A DNA stretch of 26,381 nt, taken from the IMG/VR virus record IMGVR_UViG_3300021472_000137, one strand, 5' to 3'. Source of the DNA: a virus. The position numbers and the translations under genes are program-made. The notes below the pieces were generated by a model. It was not told the origin of the DNA and made no database searches. It was given only the letters and a program-made list of their open reading frames with translations. Positions 24,216 through 26,381 of the stretch are shown here, in pieces; the first letter of the stretch is position 1; every line of letters begins with the position of its first letter.

Positions 24216-26159
24216 TCACCAGCCACAATCATATTCGCCCCCTTTGTATATTTTTACTACGCCCTCTATGTCTTTGCGAAGCACCACAAATCCTACATCT
24301 CTGAGATTATTGAATGCGAGAATTAATTCTGCAATATCCATTGATGTGACTTTCGCAGGAAGCCACTCGCACAACGGCAGCGGTTCCTTCCCTTTCACAA
24401 TCATCTTCTTTGAAAGCCTTATCCATTCATGAGATGCATCGCCATCCATTAGTGTGAAGCGAACAAAATCATACCCCTCTACTGAGACCTCAATCTCTTT
24501 TTCGGTAGGTCCCAATATTCCACTCTCCTCATAGAGAGTGCTCCATTCCTTCATATCCTCGCTTCCTTCTACCTTTATACCCCACCATGCGTTCCGCCTC
24601 ACTTTGAATTTCAACGATGAGCCACGAACACGCATCACAAGGCGGGGATACTCCTCTCCTTTTACTCTAGTTGAATACCACCACTCATCTTCCTCGGTGA
24701 GAACTTCATCAGGGTCTTCCACTTGCACAAAGAACGGCGAATCCTCCGCCAGAACAACAAGCTCACAAACTGGAAAAGTGTCAATCTCGCCGAAAATGAA
24801 CTGCTCAAGCAGCTCATAATCTCCCCAATCTATTATGCCATCCGCATTCACATCCGCCCGCCTTTTCTGCTCTTCCGTAAGCGTAACGAGGCCTTGGATA
24901 TATTCCCCGAGTAGTCTCGCATCCTTCGGGGACACATAGCCATCATCATCTAAGTCCCCGTAATCCTTACACGGCGGTCTCGGAGGCTCCTTTACACGCA
25001 GTTCCTTCGTTACAGAGCAACTCTCGTTCTGCAAATAGATGAAATATGTGCCTGTTTCTTTGGCTTCAAAACTTTCACTGCCACTACCGCTCACAGTCTC
25101 CTTCAGAACATACTCGTATGATGGCGAAATAACCTTCAAAGTCGTGTCCGCAGGCGCATTCTCATACTCCACTTCAACATATATGTATTGCACCGTCTCC
25201 GTGACCTCCTCGCCCCCAACCTTAACACTCAACGAACACGGCGGAGGCGTCGGGGTCGGCGTAGGTGTGGGCGTTGGAGTTGGAGTAGGGGTTGGCGTAG
25301 GTGTCGGCTTCGCAGGAACTGTTCTCTCTATTTCCTCCACCACTTCTTCGCTCTCTGTCGCCTTTTCAACCTCCACTAACTTGAAAACAATCGTGCCTTC
25401 AGATGGAGGGCTCGGAATGAGAAGCGTCGTGCTTAGCGTAGGCAAATATATCGTGCCTTCTGTCAGTTTCTCGCCATCAGAGAACACACGAATCTTATAG
25501 TAGTAACAATATTCACTATCGCACTTCTCAACATTCGGCACAATTGAGACAGCCGCATACAAATAACCATCCTCCCAATACAACTCAACAGAGCGGAAGT
25601 GCGATGAAAACAAAGCGAACATGTGATTCAGGAACCACGCCTTGACAAACGCAACATACCCTGAATCCTTTCGCTCATATTCGTATGTGTAAGGCAGCAA
25701 GCCCACTTCGCTGTAAAAGTCACGAATTCGCTGGAAAGCATCATCAAAAGTATCGCCATAAATGCCCCAGTATGGAGGCTTACTCACACTTCTGACATCA
25801 TAACCTAATAATTCCGCCAACTCTTTTATCCTGTCAAGAAACAAATCCTCACGAGAGAGATGCTGACCCTGCCACTTGATATAACATCTTCCGTAGCCCA
25901 CACAACCATCCGTGCAATGCTTGTGATGCACATATTCAAGCGTGAAACCTAAACTCTTAATCTCGTCTTGCACAGATTTCTTCAGTTCCACGCATTCTCT
26001 CGACACACAAATCACGGAAGAATTCGGAAAAGGCGGTGTTACCTCCACATCTAAAAGCTGTCCTATGTTCTCCCAAACTTCAAATGAGCCGTATTCATCA
26101 GGCTCGGTATTACCATACGCCTTCTTGTATAGTTCCTTGACCGCCTCCTTCTTGTCCAT
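24216..26159 (-). CDS. 647-aa multidomain protein: Pro-Thr linker, Ig-like domains, dockerin type I, C-terminal Cys-bracketed module
   Basis: (PT)~12; YGDLDDDGYVSPKDARLLGEYIQG..LTEEQKRRADVNADGIIDWGDYELLEQFIFG = duplicated EF-loop/helix dockerin (~24770-24965). Confidence 0.9.
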   Translation of the reverse strand: MDKKEAVKELYKKAYGNTEPDEYGSFEVWENIGQLLDVEVTPPFPNSSVICVSRECVELKKSVQDEIKSLGFTLEYVHHKHCTDGCVGYGRCYIKWQGQHLSREDLFLDRIKELAELLGYDVRSVSKPPYWGIYGDTFDDAFQRIRDFYSEVGLLPYTYEYERKDSGYVAFVKAWFLNHMFALFSSHFRSVELYWEDGYLYAAVSIVPNVEKCDSEYCYYYKIRVFSDGEKLTEGTIYLPTLSTTLLIPSPPSEGTIVFKLVEVEKATESEEVVEEIERTVPAKPTPTPTPTPTPTPTPTPTPTPPPCSLSVKVGGEEVTETVQYIYVEVEYENAPADTTLKVISPSYEYVLKETVSGSGSESFEAKETGTYFIYLQNESCSVTKELRVKEPPRPPCKDYGDLDDDGYVSPKDARLLGEYIQGLVTLTEEQKRRADVNADGIIDWGDYELLEQFIFGEIDTFPVCELVVLAEDSPFFVQVEDPDEVLTEEDEWWYSTRVKGEEYPRLVMRVRGSSLKFKVRRNAWWGIKVEGSEDMKEWSTLYEESGILGPTEKEIEVSVEGYDFVRFTLMDGDASHEWIRLSKKMIVKGKEPLPLCEWLPAKVTSMDIAELILAFNNLRDVGFVVLRKDIEGVVKIYKGGEYDCGW

Positions 26160-26191
26160 TTCTCTCCCATCACTTCTTCATCACTTCTTCA

Positions 26192-26381
26192 TCACGAGCG
26201 ACGCATACGCTCTAACAAACGCCACAACCTCAAGAAGCCCGCAAACTTGCAACCTGTCAAATCATCACCCGTGTCAATATCGCCTCTCTTATACGCTGCC
26301 ATCCCGTAAATCGCATCACGATTCACAGTGAAGTAGTAATCAATAATGCCGTTGAACGCTAAAATCATCTGCTGAATATCC
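26192..26381 (-). CDS. C-terminal fragment of another protein carrying the Cys-bracketed module (5' end outside window; not in ORF track)
   Basis: Frame from 26380 reads DIQQMILAFNGIIDYYFTVNRDAIYGMAAYKRGDIDTGDDLTGCKFAGFLRLWRLLERMRRS*. Confidence 0.85.
   Translation of the reverse strand, partial: DIQQMILAFNGIIDYYFTVNRDAIYGMAAYKRGDIDTGDDLTGCKFAGFLRLWRLLERMRRS

Larger units (their letters stand above)
1..26381. mobile_element. Archaeal virus genome segment (probable tailless icosahedral, double-jelly-roll lineage); free virus or provirus unresolved
   Basis: Putative DJR capsid operon, LamG adhesin, many small orphan ORFs, RHH/HTH regulators, orphan MTase and glycosyltransferases; archaeal SD (GGAGGTGA) and TATA motifs; no host-like gene neighbourhood. 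Confidence 0.88.

Noticed and set aside
25039-25500. Plus-strand ORF with (GV)n repeat
   Set aside because: Antisense reading of the Pro-Thr tract of the 647-aa gene.
1-26381. CRISPR array, tRNA/rRNA, integrase/att site, transposase
   Set aside because: No regularly spaced repeat-spacer units, RNA-gene signatures or recombinase motifs seen.

Overview
The whole window reads as part of an archaeal virus genome (or provirus interior); no unambiguous host housekeeping block is present. Evidence: dense operon-like small ORFs with archaeal SD motifs (GGAGGTGA/GGTGA), TATA boxes, the 3' end of a euryarchaeal-type PCNA, several RHH/wHTH regulators, and a 350-aa beta-rich two-domain protein (9020-10072) best read as a double-jelly-roll major capsid protein. 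That gene heads a structural operon ending in a LamG receptor-binding protein. The host is probably a Methanomicrobia/ANME-1-like euryarchaeon (inference). The most unusual part is a minus-strand operon (>26381 to 18816). It encodes signal-peptide-less proteins with Pro-Thr linkers, PEGA and Ig-like domains, one canonical dockerin and four copies of an unnamed Cys-bracketed dockerin-like module. It ends in two soluble GT-A glycosyltransferases carrying polypeptide-GalNAc-transferase-like motifs. Together these suggest a virus-encoded modular surface scaffold plus its own O-glycosylation machinery. Also present: an orphan Dam-like methyltransferase in a genome where I found no GATC site, a membrane-anchored transglutaminase-like protease, three tandem paralog pairs, an origin-like repeat region, and several short genes missed by the ORF track. 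No packaging ATPase, polymerase or integrase was recognised. All assignments come from reading motifs by eye; no searches were run.
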